A stretch of 64,000 bases of DNA. Source: an uncultured beta proteobacterium. Its GTDB lineage: Bacteria > Pseudomonadota > Gammaproteobacteria > Burkholderiales > Casimicrobiaceae. The notes beneath the pieces are model-generated. The model saw only the letters and a program-made list of their open reading frames with translations. It had not been told where the DNA came from and ran no database searches. Within the stretch, counting starts at the first letter, position 1. Each line of letters starts with the position of its first letter. The position numbers and the translations under genes are program-made. Location of the stretch: the NCBI GenBank assembly GCA_963810845.1, contig CAWEOX010000017.1, forward strand, positions 10,386-74,385, given 5' to 3'. This document shows positions 44,293 to 54,149 of the stretch, in pieces.

Positions 44293-45276
44293 ATGCGCTC
44301 GTTCATGCGCTCGCTCATCCGCCTCGCCGCGTTCGCTCTGCTCGTCGCCGTGCCGTTCGCCGCGTCGGCCCAGGCACCCGCTTATCCTGCCCGGCCGATC
44401 CGCCTGGTCGTTCCCTTTCCACCTGGCGCCGGCACCGACACCGTGGCCCGGCTCGTCGCGCAGCGGCTCGGCGAGGCGATGAGCGTGCCGATCATCGTCG
44501 ACAACAAGGTGGGCGCCGGCGGCGCGATCGGTGCCGCCGAAGCGGCGAAGGCGGAAGCGGATGGCTACACGCTGCTGTTCGTCGCCGGCCCGTTCACGAC
44601 GGTCGCGGCGGCGTCGAAGAATCCGGGCTACGACCCGGTAAAGCAGTTCGTCGCCGTGGCGCCGATCGCCGCCGGCCCGCTCGCGTTCGTCGTCAATCCC
44701 TCGGTGCCGGCGAAGACGATGAAGGAATTCCTCGCGCTGGCGAAACAGCATCCGGGCATGCTCAACTACGGCTCCGCGGGCAACGGCAGCATCAACCATC
44801 TCGCGCTGGTGCTGCTGATGGCCCGCACCGGTACCGACATCGTGCACGTCCCGTACAAGGGCATCGCGCCGGCGACGCTCGATCTCCTGTCCGGCCAGAT
44901 CCAGGCGATCACCGCGTCGATTCCGGCGACGCTGCCCTATCTCGCGCAGAACAAGGTGCGGGTGCTGGCGGTGACCGGGACGCGGCGGGCGCGGCTGCTG
45001 CCGGACGTGCCCTCGTGGGAGGAGGCCGGCGTAACCAACGCCGATGTCGTCAACTACTGGGGCATCGTCGCGCCGGCGGGGACGCCGCACGATATCGTCG
45101 TCCGGCTCAACTGGGAGACGCTGCGGGTGCTGGCCCAGCCCGACGTCCGCGAACGGCTCGAAAAGGAAGGCGCCGAGCTGATCCCCGGTCCGCCGGAGAA
45201 GCTCGCCGCATTGATCGAGGCCGATCTCCGGAGCTGGAAAAAGCTCATCGCCGAGGCGAACCTGCAGCTGGAGTAG
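44293..45276 (+). CDS. Bug-family (TctC-like) tripartite tricarboxylate transporter substrate-binding protein
   Basis: ORF 44293..45276. Signal peptide, then PIRLVVPFPPGAGTDTVARL and YGSAGNGS. Confidence 0.8.
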   Translation: MRSFMRSLIRLAAFALLVAVPFAASAQAPAYPARPIRLVVPFPPGAGTDTVARLVAQRLGEAMSVPIIVDNKVGAGGAIGAAEAAKAEADGYTLLFVAGPFTTVAAASKNPGYDPVKQFVAVAPIAAGPLAFVVNPSVPAKTMKEFLALAKQHPGMLNYGSAGNGSINHLALVLLMARTGTDIVHVPYKGIAPATLDLLSGQIQAITASIPATLPYLAQNKVRVLAVTGTRRARLLPDVPSWEEAGVTNADVVNYWGIVAPAGTPHDIVVRLNWETLRVLAQPDVRERLEKEGAELIPGPPEKLAALIEADLRSWKKLIAEANLQLE

Positions 45277-45281
45277 GCGGG

Positions 45282-46448
45282 CTACGCCGCGCGCAGCGCG
45301 TCGACGATCTTCATCCGCGCCGCGCGGGCCGCGGGCAGAAACCCGCCGACGAAGCCCATCGCCAGCGCGAACGCGAGCGACATCAGGGCAATCGCCGGGG
45401 TCAGCGTGAAGCTGAACGCCAGTTCGGCGAACGTCTGGAAATTGGTCGTCGAAATCGACAGCGCCTGCATGAACGCCGCCGCCACGAGCCCCACCGCGCC
45501 GCCGGCGAGCCCGAGCAGCAGCGCCTCGGTGAGAAACGCCGCGAGAATCGCCGCGCGCGAGAATCCGAGCGCGCGCAGCGTGCCGATTTCCGCAGTGCGC
45601 GCGGCGACGCTCGCGTACATCGTGATCATCGCGCCGATGATCGCGCCGATCGAGAAGATGACCGAAATCGTCGTGCCGAGGTAGCTGATGAAACGGGAGA
45701 GCTGCTCCGACTGGTCGGCGTAGAAGCGCTGCTCGCGCTTGGCCTCGAGCGTGAGCCGCGGATCCGACTCGATTTCGGCCTTGACCGCGTCGAAGCGGCC
45801 GCTGTCGGCGAGCTTGAAGATCAGCGACGAGAAGCCGAGGCGCCGGAACGCCTGCAGCATCTGCTCGGCGTCGCCCCAGATCTCGGAATCGAAGCCGGTG
45901 CGGCCGGCGTCGACCACGCCGACGACGGTCCAGTCGCGCGAAGCAAAGCGCAGCGTCTCGCCGATCGCGGTGCCGCGGAAGCCGGTGGCGACGGCGTGGC
46001 CGACGACGATCTCGGAGGTTCCGGCGCGAAACATCCGGCCGGCCGACAGCTGCACTTGCGGTCGCAGCGCAAGCCCGGCGGCCGTCACCCCGCGGATCAC
46101 GACGTTCGCCGGCTTGCCGGTCTCGCGCTTCGGCAGGTTGATCAGCACCACCGGTTCCTTCGACAGGAGCGGGTGCCCATCCTGGCCCACGGCGATGTCG
46201 GGCAGGCTCTCGACGATACCGGCCTGGCGCCGGTCGATGCCGCTTTGCACCTCGGTCTGCGCCGCGCGCCGGATGACGACGACGTTGTCCTCCTGACCGG
46301 TGGTGACGAGCGTCTTCTCGAGCCCCGCCGCCAGCATCAGCACCGTCGCGAAAACGTAGACGACGAGCGCCATGCCGCCGGCGGTCAGCGCCGTCGTCAG
46401 CTTGCGCGCGTACAGGTTGCGGACGATGTAGGAAAAGGGGACGTTCAT
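45282..46448 (-). CDS. ABC transporter permease (FtsX/MacB-type)
   Basis: ORF 45282..46472 trimmed to ATG 46448 (MNVPFSYIVRNLYARKLTTALT...). Large periplasmic loop followed by a C-terminal FtsX-type 3-TM bundle. Confidence 0.75.
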   Translation of the reverse strand: MNVPFSYIVRNLYARKLTTALTAGGMALVVYVFATVLMLAAGLEKTLVTTGQEDNVVVIRRAAQTEVQSGIDRRQAGIVESLPDIAVGQDGHPLLSKEPVVLINLPKRETGKPANVVIRGVTAAGLALRPQVQLSAGRMFRAGTSEIVVGHAVATGFRGTAIGETLRFASRDWTVVGVVDAGRTGFDSEIWGDAEQMLQAFRRLGFSSLIFKLADSGRFDAVKAEIESDPRLTLEAKREQRFYADQSEQLSRFISYLGTTISVIFSIGAIIGAMITMYASVAARTAEIGTLRALGFSRAAILAAFLTEALLLGLAGGAVGLVAAAFMQALSISTTNFQTFAELAFSFTLTPAIALMSLAFALAMGFVGGFLPAARAARMKIVDALRAA

Positions 46449-46515
46449 GCGACCGCGCCTCCTTGTGCCCATGTCGCCAGGTCGACGGCCACGCGTCGGC
46501 GGCCCGGCGGAAGGC

Positions 46516-47673
46516 TCATGCGACTGCCCGCAGTCCGTCGACGATCCGCGTGCGCGCCGCCCGCCACGCCGGCATCGACGCCGCGACGACGCCCACCAGC
46601 AGCGCGGCGAACAATTGCAGCACGATGGTCTCGCCGCCCACGGCGACCGACGGCAACATCGACCCCACGGTCGCCGCGAAGGCGTCGGCGAGCGGGAACG
46701 TCAGCGCGATGCCGAGGACGCCGCCCACGAGCGCGATGGCGATCGATTCACCGAAGATCAGCGCCGCGACGAACTCACCGCCGAAGCCCAGCGCCTTCAG
46801 GGTCGCGTACTCGGCGCTGCGCTCGCGCGTGGTCATCGCCATCGTGTTGGCCATCACCGCCATGATGATCACGATGACGACAAAGCTCACCGCCTGGATC
46901 GCGAGCAGGATCGTTTCCGCCATCGCCACGAAGCCCAGCTGGAACGCCTTCTCGGTCTCGGTCAGGGTCTCCGCGAGCGAGTTGCGGAAGGTCGCGTCGA
47001 TCGCCTGCGACACTTCGGCCGCCTGTTGCGGGTCGCGCAGTTGCTCGATGAACACGCCGGTCTGGTCGGCGCGGCGCGGGTAGAGCCGCTTGATCATCTC
47101 GTTCAACAGCCCCCAGTGGAAATACATCGTCGAGGTGTCGGTGGTCGCGTCGGCGCCGTCGTAGATGCCGCGCAGCGTGAACGCCCAGGTGCCCGGGTAG
47201 ATCGTGCCGCGCAGCGGGACCTGGTCGCCCACCTTCCAGCCGTACTTGTCGGCGAGCTTGCGGCCGACGATGGCGCCCTTGCGATCCGCCAGGAACGCCT
47301 TGCGCTCCTCCGCGGAAAGGATGATCTCCGGGTACATGTCGAGGTAGGTCGGCGCATCGACGGCGAACTGCGGAAAGAAATTGCGTTCGCTGATGTAGAC
47401 GCCGCCGAACCAGTTGGCCCAGGTCACGCCGGCGACGCCGGCGGTCTGCCGCAGCTTCGGCGCGTACGTGAGCGGCAGCGGAAACACGAGCGAGACCGAG
47501 CTCCGGGTCACGAGTCGGGCACTGGAGCTCGCGTTCGCGCCGGCGTACCACGCGTCGACGATGGTCCGCAGCAGGCCGAAGGCGGTGATCGCCACGATGA
47601 TGCCCACCACCGTCAGCGTCGTGCGCAGCGTGTGCCGAAATGCGTTCTTGGCGACGAGCAGTGGCAGGAACAA
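46516..47673 (-). CDS. ABC transporter permease (FtsX/MacB-type)
   Basis: ORF 46516..47673 (MFLPLLVAKNAFRHTLRTTLTVVGI...). Same architecture as its downstream paralog. Confidence 0.75.
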   Translation of the reverse strand: MFLPLLVAKNAFRHTLRTTLTVVGIIVAITAFGLLRTIVDAWYAGANASSSARLVTRSSVSLVFPLPLTYAPKLRQTAGVAGVTWANWFGGVYISERNFFPQFAVDAPTYLDMYPEIILSAEERKAFLADRKGAIVGRKLADKYGWKVGDQVPLRGTIYPGTWAFTLRGIYDGADATTDTSTMYFHWGLLNEMIKRLYPRRADQTGVFIEQLRDPQQAAEVSQAIDATFRNSLAETLTETEKAFQLGFVAMAETILLAIQAVSFVVIVIIMAVMANTMAMTTRERSAEYATLKALGFGGEFVAALIFGESIAIALVGGVLGIALTFPLADAFAATVGSMLPSVAVGGETIVLQLFAALLVGVVAASMPAWRAARTRIVDGLRAVA

Positions 47674-47832
47674 GGGGCGGGTCAGGCGCGGCGGGAAAGG
47701 CGGTCCGCGGCGCAGGGAATCGATGAATCAGGAGTTTAGCGCATTGCGACGGCCCCGGTGCCGGTGCGCGGCATGGTTCCTGCTACACTATTCCCATCGT
47801 CGGCGGACCGCGTCGGCCTAGCCACAAGATCA

Positions 47833-49781
47833 ATGATGAGACGCCCGCTGCCGCCCGTCGAGTATTGCCACGCCCGGCTCGCGCCCTTGCCCGGCGGTCG
47901 CCGACGGGCGGCCGCTCGCTGTCTGCTCATCGCCCTCGCCGGATTTGCCGGTTTCGCGCAGGCGTTCGGCCTGGGCGAGGTGTCCGAGCAATCGGCGTTC
48001 GGCACGTCGCTGCGGGTCGTCGTGCCGGTGCTTGCCGGCAGCGCCGACGAGCTCGCCGGCGAATGCGTCAAGCTCGTGTCCGCCCGGCAAAGCGGCGATG
48101 GGATTCCGGAAGTGCGCAACGCGCGGATCGCGCTGGAACGGGTGCCGACCGGCGCGCGGATCGTGGTGATGTCGCCGCGCACGGTCACCGACCCCGTGCT
48201 GAAGTTCACGTTGCAGGCGGGTTGCGAGAGCGTCGTGCGCCGCGAATACGTGCTGCTGATGGACCCGCTGCCGATCGACGTTCCCGTCGCCCAGGAAGGC
48301 AGTGGGCAACGCGCTGTCGTGGCGGCGGGCGTTGCGGAAACCGCGCGCCCATCGGCCAGCGACAGACCCGCGGCCGGCGCGGCGAGCGCGACGCCCGTGG
48401 GACCGGCACCGCGTGCGCTGCCGCGCCGCGGCGCGACCGCGGCGGCCGCCGCGCCGGGCGCGCCGCGACGAAGCGCGCTGCCCCCGCATCCAGATCGGGC
48501 ACCGCGATGGCCAAGGCCGCACCGAAGGCCGCCACCGTCGCCGCCGCGCGCCCGAGACTCACCGTGTCGACGGCCGTGCCGGTGGTCGAGGCCGACGTCG
48601 CGAACAGGGGTCCGGGGGGCATCGCACCGATCGGTCGCGCTCCCGCTGCGGGTGCGCGCGCCGCCTCCCCGCAGGGCAAATCGTCGGCCGCGCTGGACGC
48701 GGAAGCCGCCGCGTTGCAGCAGCGCGTTGTCGAGTTGACCGGGATGGTCGACCGGATGCAGCAGGAAATGCGCGCGACGGAGGCGCTGCAGGCGGCGCAG
48801 AGCGCGCGGATCGCGGCGGAGAACGCGGCCAAAGCGAGCCCGCAAGCGACGGTTGGCCGTTGGTGGAACGAGAGCTGGCCGCTCCTCTTCGGCATTGTCG
48901 GCCTCGCGTTGCTGATCGCCGCGGTGCTCTCGTACCGGCGGCGCCGCGCCGCGGCGAGCGGCCAGTGGTGGCTGGAGCCGCCAGCCCAGGGTGGGGCCGA
49001 ATCACCGCAACGCGCGCCACGGCCGGCCCCGGTCGCGGCGGCCGCGCCGCTGAAATCGGTCGAGGCGTCGTCGCCGAAACCCCAAGTCACCGCGGCGCCG
49101 GCCACGGCGACCGCGGTCGACGTCTCCGAACTGTCGCCCGCCACGGAAGAGGCGGGCGTCTATCTCGCGTTCAATCGCCCGGACCGCGCGATCGAAGTCC
49201 TGCGCGAGCACATCCGCGCGGCCCCGCGTTCGGCGCCTGCGGCGTGGCTGATGCTGCTCGACCTCTATCACGCGCAGGGTAACGAGCCGGAGTTCCGGGA
49301 ACTCGCGCAAGAATTCCATGCGCAGTTCAATGCGCAGGCGCCCGCGTGGGATGCGTACCGGCCGCTGGCGGAAAGCGATCGCGGGCTCGAGGCGTTTCCG
49401 CACATCATCCGGCAGCTGGTCCTGATATGGAGCAAGCCGGAATGCCGCGAATTCCTCGACCACCTGCTGCGCGAGAATCGCGATGGCCGGCGCACGGGAT
49501 TCTCGCTCACCGCCTACGAAGACATCATCTTCCTGCGCCAGCTTGCGGATACAGTCAGCGGTGACGCCGGCGCCCCCCGACCGGTGCGACTGCCACCGGC
49601 GGTCGCGCCCGCACCCCGCGCCGCCGCACCGAGCGCCGCCGCCCTCGTCGCGACGGCCCGACGCCCGCCCACGCTCGACCTCGAGCTGGCGCTCGACGAG
49701 GAGTTGCTGGAGGCCGGCAAGGCCCCGTCGGCGACGACGTCCGCGCCGCGGCCGGCGAAGCAGCCGCCGAAGCAGGGCTGA
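47833..49781 (+). pseudogene. FimV-N-terminal-domain membrane protein (second FimV-like gene), frame broken around 48380-48520
   Basis: The N-terminus lies in ORF 47758..48738 (LIALAGFAGFAQAFGLGEVSEQSAFGTSLRVVVPVL...VRREYVLLMDPLP). The coiled coil, TM segment (WPLLFGIVGLALLIAAVL) and C-terminal domain (VYLAFNRPDRAIEVLREHI...) lie in ORF 47865..49781. The switch falls inside an Ala/Pro-rich linker and cannot be placed exactly. Confidence 0.6.
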
Positions 49782-49803
49782 CGGCGCGAGGGCGCGGCAG
49801 CCG

Positions 49804-50529
49804 TCAGTCGGCCAGCACGCCTTTTTCGAGATGCGCCAACCGGTGCGCCTTCTCGGCGGCCTTGGGATCGTGCGTCACCATGACGATCGTCTTGCCGAGC
49901 TCACGGTTGAGGCGATCGAGCAGCCCGAGAATCTCTTCGGCGGTCGTGCGGTCGAGGTCGCCCGTCGGTTCGTCGGCGACGATCAGCGTCGGGTCCGAGA
50001 TCAGCGCGCGGGCGATGGCCACCCGCTGCTGCTGCCCGCCGGAGAGCTCGTTCGGGTAGTGGTCCTTGCGGTCGGTCAGCCCGACCAGCGCCAGCGTCAG
50101 GTCGACGCGCTCGCGCCGCTCGCGTCTCGAGAGCGGCGTCAGCAGCAACGGCAGCTCGACGTTGTCGAACGCCGACAGCACCGGCATCAGGTTGTAGAAC
50201 TGGAAGATGAAGCCGACGTGCGCCGCGCGCCACGCGGCGAGCTCGGACTCGCGCAGCTGCGCGATATCGATGCCCGCGACGCGAATTTCACCGGAGCTCG
50301 GCTTGTCGATGCCGGCGATCAGGTTGAGGAGCGTCGACTTGCCCGATCCGGAGGGACCCATCAGCGCAATGTAATCGCCGGACGCGATGTCGAGATTGAT
50401 GTCGACCAGCACGGGGATGACCTGCTCGCCGCGAACGTAGAACTTCGACAGCCGGCGGACCACCACCAGCGGCAGCGAAGCCGCGCTCGCGGAAGGCCCG
50501 CCGGGCGAGACGGCAACGCCGTCGCTCAT
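49804..50529 (-). CDS. ABC transporter ATP-binding protein (MacB/LolD-like)
   Basis: ORF 49804..50547 trimmed to ATG 50529. Motifs [36 protein letters not shown]. Confidence 0.85.
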   Translation of the reverse strand: MSDGVAVSPGGPSASAASLPLVVVRRLSKFYVRGEQVIPVLVDINLDIASGDYIALMGPSGSGKSTLLNLIAGIDKPSSGEIRVAGIDIAQLRESELAAWRAAHVGFIFQFYNLMPVLSAFDNVELPLLLTPLSRRERRERVDLTLALVGLTDRKDHYPNELSGGQQQRVAIARALISDPTLIVADEPTGDLDRTTAEEILGLLDRLNRELGKTIVMVTHDPKAAEKAHRLAHLEKGVLAD

Positions 50530-50575
50530 CGCCAGCGCCAGCGGCAATCCGCGTGTGGTCGATGCGGCGCGGAGG

Positions 50576-51796
50576 TCACTTCGGCACGATCTTGACGAGC
50601 GCGCCGTCGGCGAGATCCGGTGCCGGCTTCAACACGGCTTTGTCGCCGGTCCGCGCCGCGCCCGAGATCGACATCAGGTCGCCCATGCGAGCGCCCGGCG
50701 TCACCGGCACCAGGACCGCCGTTCCTTCCCGCACCACGAACACGACGGTCTTGCCCGCGCGGGTGGCGAGCGCGTCGGGACTGACCGCCGTCAGCGGCTT
50801 CTCCTCGTCGGGCGTCACCTCCTGCGACAGGAACGCCACCTTCGCGCTCATCTCCGGCAGCACCCGGGGATCGATCCGCTCGAACTGCACCTTGGTCATC
50901 ACCGTGGCCTTCGCGCGATCGACGGTCGGCACGATGCGGCTGATGCGGCCGCGAAACCGGGTCTCGGGCAGCGCGTCGAGGCTGATCTCGCACGGCTGGC
51001 CGACCTTGATCCGGGAAAGGCTCGACTCGGAGACATCGGCCTCGACCTCGAGCGTGCTCATGTCGGCCATGTTGACCACCGCGCCCTTCGAGTCGACCGC
51101 CGACGAGAACGGCGTCACGAGATCGCCGACGTTGGCGCTCTTCGACACGATCACGCCGTCGAACGGCGCGCGGATCAGCGTGAAATCGACGGCAATCTGC
51201 GCGTTGCGCGCATTGGCCTCGGCGACGCCGATCGTCGCCTTCGCATTGGCGACGCCCGCCCTGGCGCGGTCGGTGCGCCATTTCGCGGTGTCGACGCTCG
51301 CCTGCGAGACGAAGCCCTTCGCGAGCAGGTCCTCGCTGCGCTTCTGCTGCATCACCGCATCGCGCAGCTCGGCCTCCGCCTGATCGAGCATCGCGCGGGA
51401 AGCCCGCGCCGTGGCCTGCGCGCTCGCTTCCTGCGCGACGACATCGCGATTGTCGATGCGGGCGATGATCTCGCCGGCCTTCACCCGCGAGCCTTCGGCG
51501 ACCCCCAGCCATTCGAGCCGGCCGGTCGCTTTCGAGGCAATCGCCGCCTTGCGCTGCGCGACGACGTAACCGGTCGCGTTCAGCACCACGTATTGCTGGG
51601 CCGGATAAGTGGTGACGACCGGCGTCGTCTGCACGGCGACGGCATGCGGCTGCAGCGCATACCAGAGCGCGCCGGCGGCCGCGATGAGCGCGAGAACGCC
51701 GAGCCAGAGGGCACGACGGCGACGGCCACGGCGAACGGGTGCCCGTTCACGATCGATGGTGAGCTTCGAGAGATCGGTCGGCGCGGACGGCGTCAT
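50576..51796 (-). CDS. Efflux periplasmic adaptor (HlyD/MFP family)
   Basis: ORF 50576..52054 trimmed to ATG 51796 (MTPSAPTDLSKLTIDRER...). Membrane anchor LWLGVLALIAAAGALWY, a lipoyl-like motif and a coiled-coil region. Confidence 0.8.
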   Translation of the reverse strand: MTPSAPTDLSKLTIDRERAPVRRGRRRRALWLGVLALIAAAGALWYALQPHAVAVQTTPVVTTYPAQQYVVLNATGYVVAQRKAAIASKATGRLEWLGVAEGSRVKAGEIIARIDNRDVVAQEASAQATARASRAMLDQAEAELRDAVMQQKRSEDLLAKGFVSQASVDTAKWRTDRARAGVANAKATIGVAEANARNAQIAVDFTLIRAPFDGVIVSKSANVGDLVTPFSSAVDSKGAVVNMADMSTLEVEADVSESSLSRIKVGQPCEISLDALPETRFRGRISRIVPTVDRAKATVMTKVQFERIDPRVLPEMSAKVAFLSQEVTPDEEKPLTAVSPDALATRAGKTVVFVVREGTAVLVPVTPGARMGDLMSISGAARTGDKAVLKPAPDLADGALVKIVPK

Positions 51797-51978
51797 GGGC
51801 GGCGGGCGGCAAAAAGTCGCCGGCGCGAGAGCCGGCGTTGTCATTCTACCGGTTCGCGAAATCTCACCCGCGCAACGACCCTTGCCGAACCGACTGTTCT
51901 GCAGAAGCGACTGTGGCCGGTGCGGCGCAGGCGTGTCGGCGCGCCGGGACGCGGGTACGGGCGGTCGCCCGACCGCGT

Positions 51979-52047
51979 CCGCGCCGGGACCCACAGGCCG
52001 ACGTTTGCGACCCTCGGCGCGCCGCGCGCGACCCTGACCGCTGCCAG
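51979..52047. repeat. Dispersed ~70-bp intergenic repeat, copy B
   Basis: CGCGCCGGGACCCACAGGCCGACGTTTGCGACCCTCGGCGCGCCGCGCGCGACCCTGACCGCTGCCAGG. See copy A at 34354-34422. Confidence 0.85.
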
Positions 52048-52064
52048 GGCGCACCGATCGGATG

Positions 52065-52108
52065 GCGTTGCGACCCTCGGACGCCCGCGCGTCGCTGACC
52101 GCTGCCGA
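52065..52108. repeat. Partial third copy of the same repeat (3' half), in tandem with copy B
   Basis: GTTGCGACCCTCGGACGCCCGCGCGTCGCTGACCGCTGCCGAG aligns to the GTTTGCGACCCTCGG...GACCGCTGCCAGG half of copies A and B. Confidence 0.7.
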
Positions 52109-52154
52109 GCACTATCCATCGCGCAATTCGGGGCACTATCCATCGCGCAAATCG
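52108..52154. repeat. Tandem 23-bp direct repeat GCACTATCCATCGCGCAA(T/A)TCGG
   Basis: Copies at 52108-52130 and 52132-52154, with one mismatch and a 24-bp period. Located in the DMT/MFP intergenic region. Confidence 0.85.
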
Positions 52155-52206
52155 GGCGCGATATACCAACGAATCCCGCAAATCAATTACAGGCCAAGAC
52201 GAATGC

Positions 52207-53142
52207 CTACCCGCCCTCGCCCGGTGTCGGAATGATGGTCGCGGCATCGCCGCGGCGGCCGGCGGCGTAGGCGTGCGCGGAGATCATCACGAGCCCGGCG
52301 CCAAGGCACGCGATGCCGACCCATTCCTGCGCCGTCAACCGCTCGCCGAACACGGCCATCGACGAGAGGAGCGCGATCACCGGGATGGCGAACATGTTAA
52401 GCGATGCAGCACCTGCCGAAAGGAAGCGCAGGACGGCGACCCACAGCAGGAATCCCATTGCCGTCGCGATCCCGCCGGTAGCGAGCAGCAGCAGCGCATA
52501 TTCGACGCCCCACTGCGTCGTCGTCACCGGGTACACCTGCGCAACGACCAGCAACGCCGGGAGGCCCAGCACCATCTGCCACGCCATGAAATTCAGCATG
52601 TCGAAACGCCGCTCGCGCTGGAAGTACTTGATGGCGACCGTTCCCGCCGCCCAGCCGAAGCCTGACAGCACGGCCCATAGCTTGGGCGCGAGCGCGCCTT
52701 GCCAGTTCCACGGCTGGACGACCAGCGTCAGCCCGGCGAACGCACTACCGACGGCGAGCCACTGCCCGCCGCGCAACCGCTCGTGCAGCACCGGCCAGGC
52801 GATGAGGATGGTCCAGAACGGCATCGTGAACACGAGCACCGACGTGCGTCCTGCGCCGCCCCCGGACAGCGCCATCGTCGTCGCCCCGAAGTTGATCGTC
52901 GTCTGGAAAAAACCGGTAACGAGCACGGCCAGCCACGATTCCGGCAGCAGCCTGCGCCGCTGCCACAGCAGCACCGCGAACAGCACGGCAATCGCGACCA
53001 GTGTCCGGTGGATGTTGTAGGTGACGGGATCCGCGTGGCGCAGTGCGAGCTTCATCACGAGCCAGTTGTTGCCCCAGAGGAGCGTGAGCAGCGCGAGCGC
53101 CACGTAGGCGCCGCGGCGGGACCGGATCGCGAAGCGCTTCAC
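52207..53142 (-). CDS. DMT-superfamily (EamA-type) transporter
   Basis: C-terminal part of ORF 52207..53673, from GTG 53142 (VKRFAIRSRRGAYVALALLTLLWGNNWLVMK...). About 10 hydrophobic helices in two EamA halves. Confidence 0.75.
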   Translation of the reverse strand: MKRFAIRSRRGAYVALALLTLLWGNNWLVMKLALRHADPVTYNIHRTLVAIAVLFAVLLWQRRRLLPESWLAVLVTGFFQTTINFGATTMALSGGGAGRTSVLVFTMPFWTILIAWPVLHERLRGGQWLAVGSAFAGLTLVVQPWNWQGALAPKLWAVLSGFGWAAGTVAIKYFQRERRFDMLNFMAWQMVLGLPALLVVAQVYPVTTTQWGVEYALLLLATGGIATAMGFLLWVAVLRFLSAGAASLNMFAIPVIALLSSMAVFGERLTAQEWVGIACLGAGLVMISAHAYAAGRRGDAATIIPTPGEGG

Positions 53143-53200
53143 CAGCGGATCTTTGCCGCGCGGAATGCGGCGCGCGTGGTGGCGGGCGGCGGCCTGCGGA

Positions 53201-54109
53201 TCAGCCGCGGGCACCCGCCGCCTCGAGAAACGGTTCGATCGCCGCCGCCACCGCGACGGGCTGGTCGTGGTGCAGCATGTGGCCGGCGTCGACGATGGTC
53301 GTGAGCTGACCGTGCGCCACGTGCGCGAGGCGGCGCCGGATCTTCGCGACCAGATCGGTGTCGGTTTCGGCGGCCGTGGCCGACTCGAGGCGCCGCAGGA
53401 TATCGGAGCCCAGTGCGGCAACCCACAGCACCGGCGCCGTGATCTCGCGCCAGATCGCGTAGACCTCTTCCATCCGGTACACCGTGGGGAACGGCAGCTT
53501 GTGGCGTGGGTCCGACGCAAGCCGTGCGCGCCCGTCCGGGAGCGCCTCGGCCCAGTGCGCGGCGAGAAAGTGCGCGCGGTCGCGCGCGAGCCGGGGATTG
53601 GTCTTCTGCAGCCGATCGGCGACGGCGTCGAGACTTTCGTACGGCTTGAACTCGATGGGGGCGGCGAGCGCATCCAGCCAGCGCCGGTATTTCTTCGGGG
53701 CCTTTTCCGGATCCTCCGCCACGATCCCGAAGCCTTCGAGCGACACCACCGCGCGCACGCGTTCCGGCCGGATGCCCGCGTAGTGCATGACGACGTTGCC
53801 GCCGAGGCTGTGCCCGACCAGGCTCACCGTCTCGCCCGGCGCGAACACCGCCAGCAACGCCTCCAGGTCGGCGACGTAATCGGGATACCAGTACCCCTGC
53901 GGCTGCCAGTCGGTGCGGCCGTAGCCGCGCAAATCCGGCGCGATCGCGTACCAGTCGTGCGCCAGCGCATCGACCAGGAACTGGAACGACGCGCCGACGT
54001 CCATCCACCCATGGAGGAGGAACACTTTCGGCGCCGCGGGGTCCCCCCACGTCAGCACATGATGGCCGCTCCCGCGCAGCATCACGCGCTGCGCGCGAAA
54101 GGGCTTCAT
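53201..54109 (-). CDS. Alpha/beta-fold hydrolase
   Basis: ORF 53201..54268 trimmed to ATG 54109 (MKPFRAQRVMLRGSGHHVLTWGD...). Oxyanion-hole region FLLHGW and nucleophile elbow GHSLGG. Confidence 0.7.
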   Translation of the reverse strand: MKPFRAQRVMLRGSGHHVLTWGDPAAPKVFLLHGWMDVGASFQFLVDALAHDWYAIAPDLRGYGRTDWQPQGYWYPDYVADLEALLAVFAPGETVSLVGHSLGGNVVMHYAGIRPERVRAVVSLEGFGIVAEDPEKAPKKYRRWLDALAAPIEFKPYESLDAVADRLQKTNPRLARDRAHFLAAHWAEALPDGRARLASDPRHKLPFPTVYRMEEVYAIWREITAPVLWVAALGSDILRRLESATAAETDTDLVAKIRRRLAHVAHGQLTTIVDAGHMLHHDQPVAVAAAIEPFLEAAGARG

Positions 54110-54149
54110 CGCGTGCCCCGGAGGTCGAGCGGCGCGCACGGCGACAGCG

